64,000 nt of DNA, from IMG/VR virus record IMGVR_UViG_2571042445_000002, one strand, 5' to 3'. The stretch comes from a virus. Taxonomy: Duplodnaviria; Heunggongvirae; Uroviricota; Caudoviricetes. Shown here one piece after another: positions 37,344-47,559 of this stretch. Both the position numbers and the translations under genes were made by a program. The notes beneath the pieces were generated by a model. That model was given only the letters and a program-made list of their open reading frames with translations. It was not told where the DNA came from and did no database searches. Each line of letters begins with the position of its first letter. Positions within the stretch are counted from its first letter, which is position 1.

Positions 37344-39292
37344 TAAAGAAACCTATTCGAATAAATATCCAGTCCACTTTTGCAGATACGCTCACTGGAT
37401 ATACGCCTAATCGTTGGGTGGCGGAGGATATCACCGAGGATGATTTACTTATCGAGCCTGCGACGCTGGAAGATATCGAGCTGGCCTATATGGGCAACGA
37501 AATTTTGGTAACTACCAATGAGGCAATGTTCGAAGCTATAACCACAACAAAATTGCGGTTAGCGCAAACAATGCGAGCATTTGTCCGGGCGCTTAATCGC
37601 GGCCTGAATGGCACTGACATTGCTGCGGGTACGGATGAGGCAGGTGAATATGAAGACGGACGTAATAGTATCGGTGGGGCAATCATTGGGCGCGTGCGCC
37701 GGGTTGCTAATATCCCTGTTGTAACAGCACAAATACCTCTAACCGATGGACAAACGACAAGCATAATTTTCCATTCTCCAACCGCAGACGGCACAAGAAT
37801 TAAAGGGGATGACGAGCTGGTTGCGTTTCAGTTTCTTCTTAACAAAAGAAACGTTACGCATGTTGTTGCGCCAATCGGTGGGCGTGATGTATCTCTGAGC
37901 CAGGTGTGTCAGGCGCTTTCTAACCTCATTGAGCGTAACAGTGCAAAATTCAAAAAAGCAAAGGAGCGCCAGGACAAAATGAAGGCTGATATTGAGGGGT
38001 ATCTCAATGAAGCCGACAAGCTGGCAGAAGAACGTTCTGTGCTGATTGAGCAGGTTGAAGACGCACAGCGGGGGCTGGCAGAGAAACGCTCAACACTCAA
38101 TGATATGCAGAATAAATTAGACGCACAAAAAGCCCTTAACGCGGAATTGCAGGCTAAGCGCGATAATTTATTGTCAGCTAAGAGCCAAGGAACTAAAGAG
38201 CGAGCCTTCAATGATCAACTGCGACACATAAAACATAATCTTGCTACAGAAGGCCAAACAACGCTGGATAATGGTGCTGTAGTTAAGTATGTCACGTCAG
38301 GCAGTGATAGCTTTGTCACGATTGAGGCACCAGAAGGCAATTTCAGTATTGATGTCAGTGCTGTTAAAGGTGGGAGTTCAGCGGACGCTGCAACCAAATT
38401 ACTTAAAGCCTATCGTGAACATAATGCTGATCAATACAAAGTGGATGTGTTGCCGGGCCAGCCTGAGCCAACTGATCAGCCGCAGCCTGAACAGGAGCCA
38501 CAACCAGCATCACATCCTGATCCCCTGGAGGTTGGTAAATATCGCTATGCGCTCCAATCTCGCCCGGCGGGTGTTGGTGCGGTTCCTGAAGGAAATAAAG
38601 CTGTACTTGACCGTCCTGATCAGGCTGATCCGTATTACGAATATGCTCGTCACGGAATCATTACGTATGACCGCAAACTGACAGATGAAGAAGTCAGTCA
38701 GTACGAGTTGCTATATCTCCCTGGTGACGATGAATTGAAAGAGATTGCAGGCGAATTGGTTGCGTCCAGTATGTCGAACCATATTGATGGCTACGTTGAT
38801 CTGTTTGGAAGCGACTTGAAAACCTTTAAGGCGCAGATAAAAATCCTCTTCCGCAAAGCATTTCCTAACGTCGCTTATCCACTTGGAGATGGGGAGAACC
38901 TTTTTATAATGGATATCTATAACGCGCTTCAGAATCAATCAGAAGTAGTCGAAGCTGAACAGACATTAGATCAGGCGCCGGAAGCAGTACAAGAACCAGA
39001 ACCTGAGTCTGAACCTGAATCCCCCCAAGAGTCTGATACAGGTTCAGATGGGCCAGTAGTTAGTGAGGCTGATCAGGAGGCGGACAGTGCGCTGGAATAT
39101 CTGAAATCCGTGCCGTTGCAGTTTACGTCCCGTGATTTGACGGTGATTAGAGCGGAGTTTGATCGCATTCAGGAGGCAGCTAATGTTCTTATCAACGCAG
39201 GTCGATATGATGAGAACGAGTCACTTGTTGGTGCGGCAGCCGATCACCTGATCAACATTCTGGCAGAGATACAACAAGGGGGCGTGTGGTGA
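37340..39292 (+). CDS. large hypothetical protein, possible DarA-like virion internal protein
   Basis: 650 aa; size and operon context (after holin-like genes, as in the P1 lydA-lydB-darA arrangement recalled); central coiled-coil, acidic Pro-rich linkers. Confidence 0.4.
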   Translation: MIKKPIRINIQSTFADTLTGYTPNRWVAEDITEDDLLIEPATLEDIELAYMGNEILVTTNEAMFEAITTTKLRLAQTMRAFVRALNRGLNGTDIAAGTDEAGEYEDGRNSIGGAIIGRVRRVANIPVVTAQIPLTDGQTTSIIFHSPTADGTRIKGDDELVAFQFLLNKRNVTHVVAPIGGRDVSLSQVCQALSNLIERNSAKFKKAKERQDKMKADIEGYLNEADKLAEERSVLIEQVEDAQRGLAEKRSTLNDMQNKLDAQKALNAELQAKRDNLLSAKSQGTKERAFNDQLRHIKHNLATEGQTTLDNGAVVKYVTSGSDSFVTIEAPEGNFSIDVSAVKGGSSADAATKLLKAYREHNADQYKVDVLPGQPEPTDQPQPEQEPQPASHPDPLEVGKYRYALQSRPAGVGAVPEGNKAVLDRPDQADPYYEYARHGIITYDRKLTDEEVSQYELLYLPGDDELKEIAGELVASSMSNHIDGYVDLFGSDLKTFKAQIKILFRKAFPNVAYPLGDGENLFIMDIYNALQNQSEVVEAEQTLDQAPEAVQEPEPESEPESPQESDTGSDGPVVSEADQEADSALEYLKSVPLQFTSRDLTVIRAEFDRIQEAANVLINAGRYDENESLVGAAADHLINILAEIQQGGVW

Positions 39293-39657
39293 AAATATCA
39301 GTAACGGAGCGCCTTAGCTTAGGCAAAGAACTGTCTGAGCTGATGTCTGCGCAAAAAAGCGCGACTGCGGTACAACGTGTCACTATTGGCGTGCGGATAG
39401 TTGAAGTGATGATGAAGCTGGGGCTTGGTTCATCGAATAATCCAGCACAACAGCAAGAAGAGGAAGTGCAACCGGCGGCACAAGAAACGCCTAAAATTGT
39501 TGCTGACTTCCTTAGTGGTGCATTTACTAAATCATCACAAATGGAGTTCATCGATGCTTTGAGAGGCATATCTCAATATGTTGGTGAATTTTTGACACTC
39601 GACCAGGCCAAAGAACAGACCGTAAACTGGGTTTCAGCTAACGGGTATGCAGCGTAA
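39286..39657 (+). CDS. hypothetical protein
   Basis: 123-aa ORF overlapping previous stop. Confidence 0.4.
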   Translation: MVKISVTERLSLGKELSELMSAQKSATAVQRVTIGVRIVEVMMKLGLGSSNNPAQQQEEEVQPAAQETPKIVADFLSGAFTKSSQMEFIDALRGISQYVGEFLTLDQAKEQTVNWVSANGYAA

Positions 39658-39748
39658 AAGAGAGGGGCAGAATGCCCCTTTCTTCTTAAAATAGTCACCG
39701 AAATAACACACTTTTTACACTGCCTTTTTTACAGAAAGGTGGTTAATT

Positions 39749-41134
39749 GTGACTCAAAACGTAACATCAGCACTTCTGGCCGCAGCGAACATTGAGGGGG
39801 TTATCGCTGTGGTGTCATCTCTTGAAAAGCAAGAGACGAAGTTGGGGCGTAGCAGCTATGTCGTCACCAGCAAAGGCGACGAAGTTAAAACAGCGTTCAA
39901 GGTTATTGATGCCAAAAAGCTCATCATTTCTAACAACCTGGACGGAAGTATAAATCCGTCATTTCCGGAGGAACTCCAGCCTCGCGATCGCACCCGACTG
40001 TCAAGTAAGCTCCAGGTTAACCGTATCGCCGCCAATTTACGCCCGGCACAACTCACTGATTCGGGTATGAGTAGTCATGGTTCCCCGATTGTTGGTCCGG
40101 ATAATGTCGTTGAGTCTGGTAATGGTCGAAGCATGGGAATCTGGCGTGCTTATGAACAAGGGCAGGCTGAAGATTACCGACAATATCTTATCGATCACGC
40201 TAAAGAGTTTGGCCTTAATCCCGAAGACGTCAGGGCAATGGTGATGCCTGTACTGGTTCGCGAGCGCCTCACTGACGTTGATCGTGCTCAATTTGCACGC
40301 GACTCAAACATCAGCGATCTGCAAGAGATGGCTGCAAGTGAGAAAGCGTATGCGGATGCGCAATTTCTCACTGAGAGCGTCATGGCGCTATTTAATCCTT
40401 CAGATGATGGAAATCTACTGGCGCGGTCCAATGATGCGTTTATTCGTGCGTTTTTGCACGAAATAGGTGATACCGCGACGGCAGGTTTGCTTACAGCCGA
40501 TGGACGTCCAACGAAACAGCTTATCGATCGCATTCAGAATGCGATTTTTGCCAAAGCCTATAAGGATGAGCGACTTGTTCGGCTTGTGGCGGAAGAACCG
40601 GATCCGGAAATGCGCAATATCCTGACCGCGCTTAATACAGCGGCCAGTGACTTTGCGCAAATGCAGTCGATTTCTGGCGATGCACATCATGATGCTGTAA
40701 CTGGTCTGGTTGATGGTATAGAGCAGGTGAACGGTCTGGATAAACAGGCTATAGCAGCACTCCAGGACGCGATTAACCTTGTTCGTGAAGCCAAAGACAA
40801 CGGTCAGGCAGTGGAAGAGGTGATAGCCCAGCGCGGACTCTTCGGTGATAGCACGCCGGAAGCTGAGGCGTTGGCGCTATTCATCGTGGCAAATAATCGA
40901 AGCGCGAAGCGCATGGGGGCTGCATTCAAAAAAATGGCACAAAAAATCAACGACGAACTGATTCATAAACAGCAGGCGTTGGGCGATATGTTCGGCGGTG
41001 GAGATGTCGATCTACGTAGTATTTTGACCGCTGTTTCTAATGAGATTGAACTGGAACATGGAGAGGGGAAAGGGCTTAACTTCACGATGTTCGAAGCCAA
41101 AACAGAACAAAGCGATTTTGGGCTGGAAACCTGA
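39749..41134 (+). CDS. hypothetical protein with ParB/Srx-like N-terminal region
   Basis: Segment IDAKKLIISNN...LQPRDR...SPIVGPDNVVESGNGRSMG resembles ParB N-terminal box pattern; GTG start with AAGGTGG SD. Confidence 0.4.
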   Translation: MTQNVTSALLAAANIEGVIAVVSSLEKQETKLGRSSYVVTSKGDEVKTAFKVIDAKKLIISNNLDGSINPSFPEELQPRDRTRLSSKLQVNRIAANLRPAQLTDSGMSSHGSPIVGPDNVVESGNGRSMGIWRAYEQGQAEDYRQYLIDHAKEFGLNPEDVRAMVMPVLVRERLTDVDRAQFARDSNISDLQEMAASEKAYADAQFLTESVMALFNPSDDGNLLARSNDAFIRAFLHEIGDTATAGLLTADGRPTKQLIDRIQNAIFAKAYKDERLVRLVAEEPDPEMRNILTALNTAASDFAQMQSISGDAHHDAVTGLVDGIEQVNGLDKQAIAALQDAINLVREAKDNGQAVEEVIAQRGLFGDSTPEAEALALFIVANNRSAKRMGAAFKKMAQKINDELIHKQQALGDMFGGGDVDLRSILTAVSNEIELEHGEGKGLNFTMFEAKTEQSDFGLET

Positions 41135-41149
41135 CCTGGCGACCGGACA

Positions 41150-41185
41150 CCCCGGATAACCTCCGGGGGATTCGGTATTTCTTCT
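41150..41185 (+). terminator. hairpin CCCCGG-ATAACCT-CCGGGG with U-rich tail
   Basis: Located 16 nt after the stop at 41134. Confidence 0.45.
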
Positions 41186-41245
41186 TTGAATAGAGCGTTT
41201 TTAACAAATACCCCGTAAATCCTCGCCCAGCAGGGCGGGGAGCAG

Positions 41246-41677
41246 TCACCGCATTGGTGTGACAGATACGACGATATTTTTATTCAGTTGATGCAGTGCC
41301 AGCTCGACAGTTTCAACTTTCGATGAATGTTCGACGTCGAGAAGCCGATCAATCTGAGTTCCATTTTTTCCGAGTTTGCGCGCCAACTCTGCTTTGCGTG
41401 TGCCGGTTTCTATCATCGCGTTGTGGAGTGCAGCCTTCATTGCTGGTAGCACTGGCAAAGAGACAACGTACTCACCTTCTTTTGGCTCGCTACCAGTGGG
41501 AACAGGTCGGCGTTCTTCAATCTCAATCGCAACCGCTGCGACCAATCCATAACCAGCCTCAAGCAACGCTTCTTCAACTGAGTCACCCACGGAATTAAAC
41601 AATGGTAGGTCGCGGCATGATACGACATACGCGCCGGTTTTGTCGTCGCGCTCCAGTTTTACCGGATAGTTAAACAT
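41246..41677 (-). CDS. hicB: HicB-family antitoxin
   Basis: MFNYPVKLERDDKTGAYVVSCRDLP N-terminal fold segment and C-terminal HTH (RKAELARKLGKNGTQIDRLL) parallel E. coli HicB as recalled. Confidence 0.7.
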   Translation of the reverse strand: MFNYPVKLERDDKTGAYVVSCRDLPLFNSVGDSVEEALLEAGYGLVAAVAIEIEERRPVPTGSEPKEGEYVVSLPVLPAMKAALHNAMIETGTRKAELARKLGKNGTQIDRLLDVEHSSKVETVELALHQLNKNIVVSVTPMR

Positions 41678-41707
41678 AGAGAAGCTCCTAGTGAAAAAGG
41701 CTGGGGC

Positions 41708-41890
41708 TTAAAGCCCCAGGTCCTTCATTATTTTCTTGCGTAGCGGTTCAGGCATTTCCTTTGAACCGTGGTCCGGGAAAACCGACCGCTTTCCGTTCAG
41801 GTTCACTTTCTGATGACTGCCGCCACCAGGCGCTTTCCTGAACTCTGCCCCTTGCTGGATTAACCAGCGTTTGAACTCTGAATACTTCAC
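41708..41890 (-). CDS. hicA: HicA-family toxin
   Basis: 60 aa; KYSEFKRWLIQQGA...GGSHQKVNLNGKRSVFPDHGSKEMPEPLRKKIMKDLGL parallels HicA; GTG start with AAGGAAA SD. Confidence 0.7.
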   Translation of the reverse strand: MKYSEFKRWLIQQGAEFRKAPGGGSHQKVNLNGKRSVFPDHGSKEMPEPLRKKIMKDLGL

Positions 41891-41962
41891 AAGTTTCCTT
41901 ATGCAATTTATCCATCATGGGCGATAAGAATAGTAACACAAAAGATATAAAACACAACAAAA

Positions 41963-41976
41963 ATGTTTATAAACAT
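41963..41976. promoter_or_regulatory. perfect 14-bp palindrome ATGTTTATAAACAT upstream of the 42123 operon
   Basis: Self-complementary; followed by direct repeats GCATATGG(A/T)GAAAAACA at 42019 and 42037. Confidence 0.35.
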
Positions 41977-42122
41977 AACTTCCTTGTTTGGTGGTTGCGT
42001 TTTTGGAAAAGCATTTCCGCATATGGAAAAACATCAGCATATGGTGAAAACAACGAAAAATTACTGATGAAATCACACACTGGATAAGCTGCCACGAAAT
42101 CGGAAACCTTTTGCGGTGAATC

Positions 42123-43808
42123 ATGGCAACGAAAGACAAAAACAAGGGCTTTCTGTCGGCATTGAAGAAAGCCTTCAGCGGTGGTGATGTTACGCCTGCC
42201 GATCCGGTCGTATTTGCGAGCGGGCATAGCGTCGTTGCTCGTTCTGGCCTGTCCGCCTTGCGTCCTGGCATCCTGGGGAGCAATAGCGATGGCATGACAA
42301 GCGCGGCGGATACTGTATCTATATCGGCAGAATTACCGAGTGACCGCCTGCAAAAATACAACATACTGGAGACGATGGCGAAAAGTCCGACTATCTCCAC
42401 AGCATTAAACATTCACATTGCGCATTCTCTGGCTCCATCAAAAAAAACAGGCCTCGCATTTATTCTCTCTCCGAAAAATGGGGCGGATAAGGAGGCTGTA
42501 AGTCGATGTGAGGAATTGACCGCTGATTTAAGCTCAATGATTAATGATGGCCTGCCATCGTGGGCCATGATCATGGCTATTTTCGGTGTGTCGTATATCC
42601 GTCCATATGCAGAGCAAGGGAAGGGGATAACTGGAATTGAGTCGAGCTATTACACGCTCCCTCATTTCGTTCAGGAGTTTTATCGCGGTAGCCAACTTGT
42701 CGGATTCAGCGGTGATTATATTCTGGATACGCATACTTTGCGCAGAGTTATAACCGAACCGTGGAATCTGGTTTCCATGAAAAACCCGTACTGGACGCCT
42801 CAGCATAAAGTAATGCCAGTAACTTACGGCACTAAAGGCTATTCCTTGCTTAGTGAACAGCAGGACAAGCCGTTAATGGAGACGCAGAACTACGGTACGT
42901 CGTTTCTTGAATACAGTTATGAACCCTACCTGAATTTATGTGCCGCGCTTGCTGCGCTGAAAGCAACGCGAAACAACGCTGCAAAAATTGATCGCCTGAT
43001 TGCACTCACAACGAACACGATAGATCCGGTAAACGCGGCGAATTATACGCGCGGGATCAGCCAGGCACTGAAGCGTCATAGCGACCTCGTAGCGCAACGG
43101 TCGATTAATTCTAATGCTCTCCCATCTGTACTTAACCATCTGATACCCGTCATGGGGGATGGGAAGAACGGGATCACCATTGATACGCAATCTATACCCG
43201 CAGATATCAGTGGTATCGAAGACGTTATGTTTCATCTCCGACAGCTCGCGGCAAGCCTCGGTATTGACGCAACAATGCTTGGCTGGGCTGATCAGATGAG
43301 TGGTGGACTTGGAGAAGGCGGTTGGCAGCAAACAGCTATCCAGGCCGCCTTACGCGCGAACTGGATCAGGCAGGCCGCCCAGCGGACTATTTATCGGCTT
43401 CATGACATTCACCTCGCTTATAAATACGGGAAGGTTTACACCGAAAAAAACCGTCCTTATGACGTGCAATTCAACTCAATGAACACAGCTATCCAGGAAG
43501 AGGAAAACCGAGAGCTGGATGCGCGCGCCAACTTCGTAGCTGTCATCTCGCAAATAATGGACCAGATCCAGAACAACCCGAAACTGGCGGGTAGCGACGC
43601 GTTTATGCGTTATCTGTTCACCGAACAGCTTCGTATCGACGATGACACTCTCAACGTAATGATCCAAGAGTTTAAGGCGAATGAATCAGAGCAAAACAAC
43701 GAGCATGGTATGTACGAATCCGCGCCGTTGTCGTCCGGTGACGATCCGGAAAACTGGACGCAAGAACAATTAATCAACTTTGCAAAATTTGTGATGAGCA
43801 ATAATTAA
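42123..43808 (+). CDS. hypothetical virion protein, possible portal
   Basis: 561 aa, precedes a gene with a coiled-coil C-terminus; assignment by size and context only. Confidence 0.4.
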   Translation: MATKDKNKGFLSALKKAFSGGDVTPADPVVFASGHSVVARSGLSALRPGILGSNSDGMTSAADTVSISAELPSDRLQKYNILETMAKSPTISTALNIHIAHSLAPSKKTGLAFILSPKNGADKEAVSRCEELTADLSSMINDGLPSWAMIMAIFGVSYIRPYAEQGKGITGIESSYYTLPHFVQEFYRGSQLVGFSGDYILDTHTLRRVITEPWNLVSMKNPYWTPQHKVMPVTYGTKGYSLLSEQQDKPLMETQNYGTSFLEYSYEPYLNLCAALAALKATRNNAAKIDRLIALTTNTIDPVNAANYTRGISQALKRHSDLVAQRSINSNALPSVLNHLIPVMGDGKNGITIDTQSIPADISGIEDVMFHLRQLAASLGIDATMLGWADQMSGGLGEGGWQQTAIQAALRANWIRQAAQRTIYRLHDIHLAYKYGKVYTEKNRPYDVQFNSMNTAIQEEENRELDARANFVAVISQIMDQIQNNPKLAGSDAFMRYLFTEQLRIDDDTLNVMIQEFKANESEQNNEHGMYESAPLSSGDDPENWTQEQLINFAKFVMSNN

Positions 43809-43821
43809 CCGGAGGGAAATA

Positions 43822-44820
43822 ATGCAATCACTGAATACCGTTACGGATCGCTTCTCCCTGGTAGAGAAAATCCGCAAACACACACCTCAGAACAATCGCA
43901 ATTACGTTATCCAGTCGGTACGAGACACATTCAACTCGCCAGAAACAAAAGAGCGTATCGCACTGGGTGAGATGTATGGTTATTACGGTCATGGTCGCCG
44001 GGCGATGCACTATAACAAAACGAAAAGCCTGGACTTGCCGGAAGTCTCTGTTGTGATGGTAGATGGGAAGCCTGTTGTATTGGAGAACGTGCCGTCAAAC
44101 AGGACTATCGACATTTCAATTGACGACAACGGCATTGTTACCCATACACAGGAAATACTGGATACGGACACCGGACGTATTGTTCAGGGTATGATTAATT
44201 CTGGCGCAGGTGGTTGGTCATGGGCTACATCTGGTCCAGATTACTCTGTATCCCTGGTAAAGTCTTTTCACGGTTTTGATTACGTAACTGTGCCTAACTA
44301 TATCAGCCTCGACAAGAAAAGCCTGATGCTTGAATCAGCAGAAGAACGCGACGCGGCGATTCATGCGGCACTTATCGAACAAGGTTTTACCGATAATGCT
44401 GCTACGGATCTGGTTCACCACTTTTCAGCAATGAAGAGTCAGCAAGCCATATTCGAATCAGCACAACGTGAAGTTCTGGAGTCGGAACTGATACATCTTG
44501 AAGTGGAAAATATGCAGCTTCGCGACAAACTACGCGACCAGGCCGCGATGATGGAAAGCCAGGGGGAGAACGCGAAGAAATGCCGCCGTATTTTGCGTGA
44601 TGCTATCCAGGAAATGCCTGTTTTTATCAGCGCAGAACAGCGCCGGGCGCTCTGCCGTATGCAGTCAGAGGATGATGCACGCATTGTCGCAGCGATGCTT
44701 GAATCCCTGGGGGCTAATGCCACTTATGGTCTGCCAATATCAGCCAATAAACAACAAGAAATACCGGTGAAAGAGAACAAGACGGTGACTCCGCTGATCT
44801 TTGTGTCTAAGAGGATGTGA
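43822..44820 (+). CDS. hypothetical protein, possible prohead protease/scaffold
   Basis: 332 aa; C-terminal coiled-coil segment; context only. Confidence 0.35.
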   Translation: MQSLNTVTDRFSLVEKIRKHTPQNNRNYVIQSVRDTFNSPETKERIALGEMYGYYGHGRRAMHYNKTKSLDLPEVSVVMVDGKPVVLENVPSNRTIDISIDDNGIVTHTQEILDTDTGRIVQGMINSGAGGWSWATSGPDYSVSLVKSFHGFDYVTVPNYISLDKKSLMLESAEERDAAIHAALIEQGFTDNAATDLVHHFSAMKSQQAIFESAQREVLESELIHLEVENMQLRDKLRDQAAMMESQGENAKKCRRILRDAIQEMPVFISAEQRRALCRMQSEDDARIVAAMLESLGANATYGLPISANKQQEIPVKENKTVTPLIFVSKRM

Positions 44821-44945
44821 GCTAAAAGCTAGCTTAATTTTCTAACACAGTGTGTTTTTATACACTGTTGATCCGACGGCACGTGATCGAGTAGGATCGC
44901 GGTCACTGCTCCGGTAGCGACTGCCAAAAAAAGCAAAAGCCGCTG

Positions 44946-44970
44946 AGTAGCGGCTTTTGGGTGTATAAAT
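44946..44970 (+). terminator. rho-independent terminator AAAGCCGCT-GAGT-AGCGGCTTT
   Basis: 9-bp stem followed by TTGGGTG. Confidence 0.5.
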
Positions 44971-45019
44971 CCACTGGCATAGATTTATACGGTAGATAGA
45001 TTTTTCACGGAACTATCTG

Positions 45020-45652
45020 GTGAGTATTTTAAATTCAGTTTCAGTTACTTTCAACACTTCTGAGTATAAAAACAACACTGAATACCACAAAAAAATCAAA
45101 GGTCATCAGTTGAGTTTTTTTGCTCGTCATAGCGGTTTTCTTTCCCCTTCACATAGCGCCATTATTGCCGAGTTCGCCAACCTGGCAGGAGCTACCGATG
45201 AATACATGATCCGTCGCTCATATGCGGATATGTCCGAGATTACAGGACGCAGTATTTCTACTGTGCGCCGGGCATTTGCCGAAGCGACGAAGTGCGGAAT
45301 GCTTGTTAAGCAGCATCAGGTAGCGAATAACAATGCTCAGGTGTGTAACGTGTACCGGTTTACAACACAATTTCTCCACTTCATTCATGTAGCAATGGAG
45401 ATAGGGAGTAAGCAGGGCATCAAATTTGCCAACGCCACAAAACTGGTTAAGCAGTTGATTTCAAAGGTTCGTTATTTTTTTGAAACTGGGAACCCCCTGT
45501 TCAAATTGAACAAGTCCCCCCATGTTCAAAATGAACAGCCAATAGAAAATAAGAGTCACTCTATAGCCAAAAGAAGAGAAAGATCATGCGCGGTTCAGCC
45601 AAAGGCTTCACCAGCAGATAGTTCTCAAGCGGATAATGGGGGGGCTGGATAA
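45020..45652 (+). CDS. hypothetical protein with winged-helix-like DNA-binding segment (start uncertain)
   Basis: Segment ITGRSISTVRRAFAEATKCGMLVK; 210-aa ORF. Confidence 0.35.
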   Translation: MSILNSVSVTFNTSEYKNNTEYHKKIKGHQLSFFARHSGFLSPSHSAIIAEFANLAGATDEYMIRRSYADMSEITGRSISTVRRAFAEATKCGMLVKQHQVANNNAQVCNVYRFTTQFLHFIHVAMEIGSKQGIKFANATKLVKQLISKVRYFFETGNPLFKLNKSPHVQNEQPIENKSHSIAKRRERSCAVQPKASPADSSQADNGGAG

Positions 45653-46036
45653 AAAACCAGTAATCAGGGAAGAACATACCAACCACTGCCTGGCGGCGGC
45701 AAAAGCGAGAGCTGCAAAGCGTCGTTCAGATGAGGGGCACGCAAAACGGCAGGCTCTGTATCGTACCGCTGAAAAGCTGGCAAAAAAATTTGCATGGATA
45801 CGTAGTGCCGCTACAGCAGTGAATAAGCCTAAACAATCCAGTGCCCTGGATTTCTCAATGGATTATTCTGGCTCCCAGGGGTGTGCAACCATTGGTGAAG
45901 CCTTTGACCTGATGAAACAGCGTGGCTATCGGTCTGAATTTGACCGGGAAGACTGGTCAATTCCGGAGGGCTTTCGGGGATGATGTTGCGATTGACTGTA
46001 CAATAACCGTGCGGCGGGAATTTCATCGCTCGAAAA

Positions 46037-46081
46037 TGTATGTTAGAAAATTAAATTGATGTTTCTAATCAAGAATGTATG
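46037..46081. promoter_or_regulatory. operator-like inverted motif TGTTAGAAAATTAAATTGATGTTTCTAAT
   Basis: Half-sites TGTTAGAAA and TTTCTAAT in inverted orientation; additional TTTCTAATG at 46131. Confidence 0.5.
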
Positions 46082-46399
46082 ATTTATATCGTCACTAAAA
46101 AACAGCATCTGATAAAAATTCTGTTGATCTTTCTAATGTTCAGGCTTATATTCATGCCGTCGTAGCAAATTCTGCGACCGGGTTTAGCAGCCTGAATGTT
46201 AGTGCGGACAACCGCAGATATCCGATATTGCGGTATTTTTGTGTCCGTAAAACCGCGTTACGCCCAAATTATGGTGGGGCGTGATGGGGAGGCTTCGGCC
46301 TGCTGGTTTCACTAACGCCAGTCTGCTAACCCCGTCACGTCCTGCCACCTGTTTAGCAGCGGGTAGCAGGTTGTTAAACCTGTTAGTGAGGCCGTAACT

Positions 46400-46624
46400 A
46401 TGGTTAATGCCAATCCTTGCTCACGTCCAGAATTCATCTGGCGTTTTCACTCCCTGCAAAAACACTGCGATCACTTCGCAATTGCCGCAACTGAAAAAGA
46501 AGCCCGTTCTCTGATCCCTGATCAGTATGGCGTTCTCACTGGTCGTTTCTCTACTTCCCCACAACCAAACACCAATCCCTGGTATCGCAATATTACCAAT
46601 CCCGGCATTGCGGAGGCTCACTGA
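46400..46624 (+). CDS. small protein translationally coupled to antirepressor (icd-like position)
   Basis: 74 aa; ATG 46400 with GTGAGG SD; stop overlaps ant start (ATGA). Confidence 0.4.
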   Translation: MVNANPCSRPEFIWRFHSLQKHCDHFAIAATEKEARSLIPDQYGVLTGRFSTSPQPNTNPWYRNITNPGIAEAH

Positions 46625-47331
46625 TGGATATCTGCATTCTCGAAAAGCCATCAATGACCAGCATTGAGATCGCGGAGCTGGTGGGAAAACGTCATGACAA
46701 TGTGAAACGCACTATTGAGACATTAGACAAAGGTGGCGTTATTGTTCGTCCTCAAATTGAGGTTTTCGAAAAAATCAATAACTTAGGACTACGACGTAGT
46801 GTTGAGGCTTACGTCTTCGAAGGCGAGCAAGGCAAGCGCGATAGCATTATCGTCGTCGCGCAGCTCTCTCCCGAATTCACCGCCCGGCTGGTGGACCGCT
46901 GGCGCGAACTGGAAGAACAAGTACGCCAGCCGTTGACCGAAATAGAGATGATCGCTGCAATGGCTGCAAATGCAGTTCAGCAGCAAAAGCGGCTTCATGT
47001 TGTTGAGTCAAAGGTTAGCCAGGTTGCTGAAACCGTCGAGCAGATCAAGAAGGGCAACATGCCAGAAGGTTACATTGGCTATCGTCAGTTAGCGGCGAAA
47101 TGTGGCCTGACTGAAGCCAAATGCCGTAACCTGGTCAACGCTAACCGGATTCCCACAGATACGCATGAGTTTTTGACGCCAGAGGGGGTATTGTCGCGTC
47201 GTACTATTGTGGCCTTATCTCCCTTCATGAATGCCTTTACCCTGATGATGTCGGAGGCTGAACACCGAGGAAAACGCTGGTATCACCCAAGGATGGGACA
47301 ATTCCAGGTGATCGGTTGGGGAGGCGAGTGA
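46624..47331 (+). CDS. phage antirepressor (Rha/Ant-like N-terminal domain)
   Basis: N-terminus ILEKPSMTSIEIAELVGKRHDNVKRTIETL matches Rha-family pattern; SD GGAGG 9 nt upstream. Confidence 0.6.
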   Translation: MDICILEKPSMTSIEIAELVGKRHDNVKRTIETLDKGGVIVRPQIEVFEKINNLGLRRSVEAYVFEGEQGKRDSIIVVAQLSPEFTARLVDRWRELEEQVRQPLTEIEMIAAMAANAVQQQKRLHVVESKVSQVAETVEQIKKGNMPEGYIGYRQLAAKCGLTEAKCRNLVNANRIPTDTHEFLTPEGVLSRRTIVALSPFMNAFTLMMSEAEHRGKRWYHPRMGQFQVIGWGGE

Positions 47332-47559
47332 TGGACATCATGCAGGCGGTAAAAAAAATCAGGGAAGGACAGGCTGAAGTGTGCCGCCGTAAAGCATGGA
47401 GTGTTGGTATATGGATCTGGCCTGATAATTGCTCTACTACCGGATGGTTTTGTATTAATGGATGCCAGATCCGGGAAGTCGATTTATCGACGGCGGATGC
47501 AGTCGGTAATGATTGGATCGTAACTTGAAGTGTGATGCCCCGGCCTGGCCGGGGCTTTT

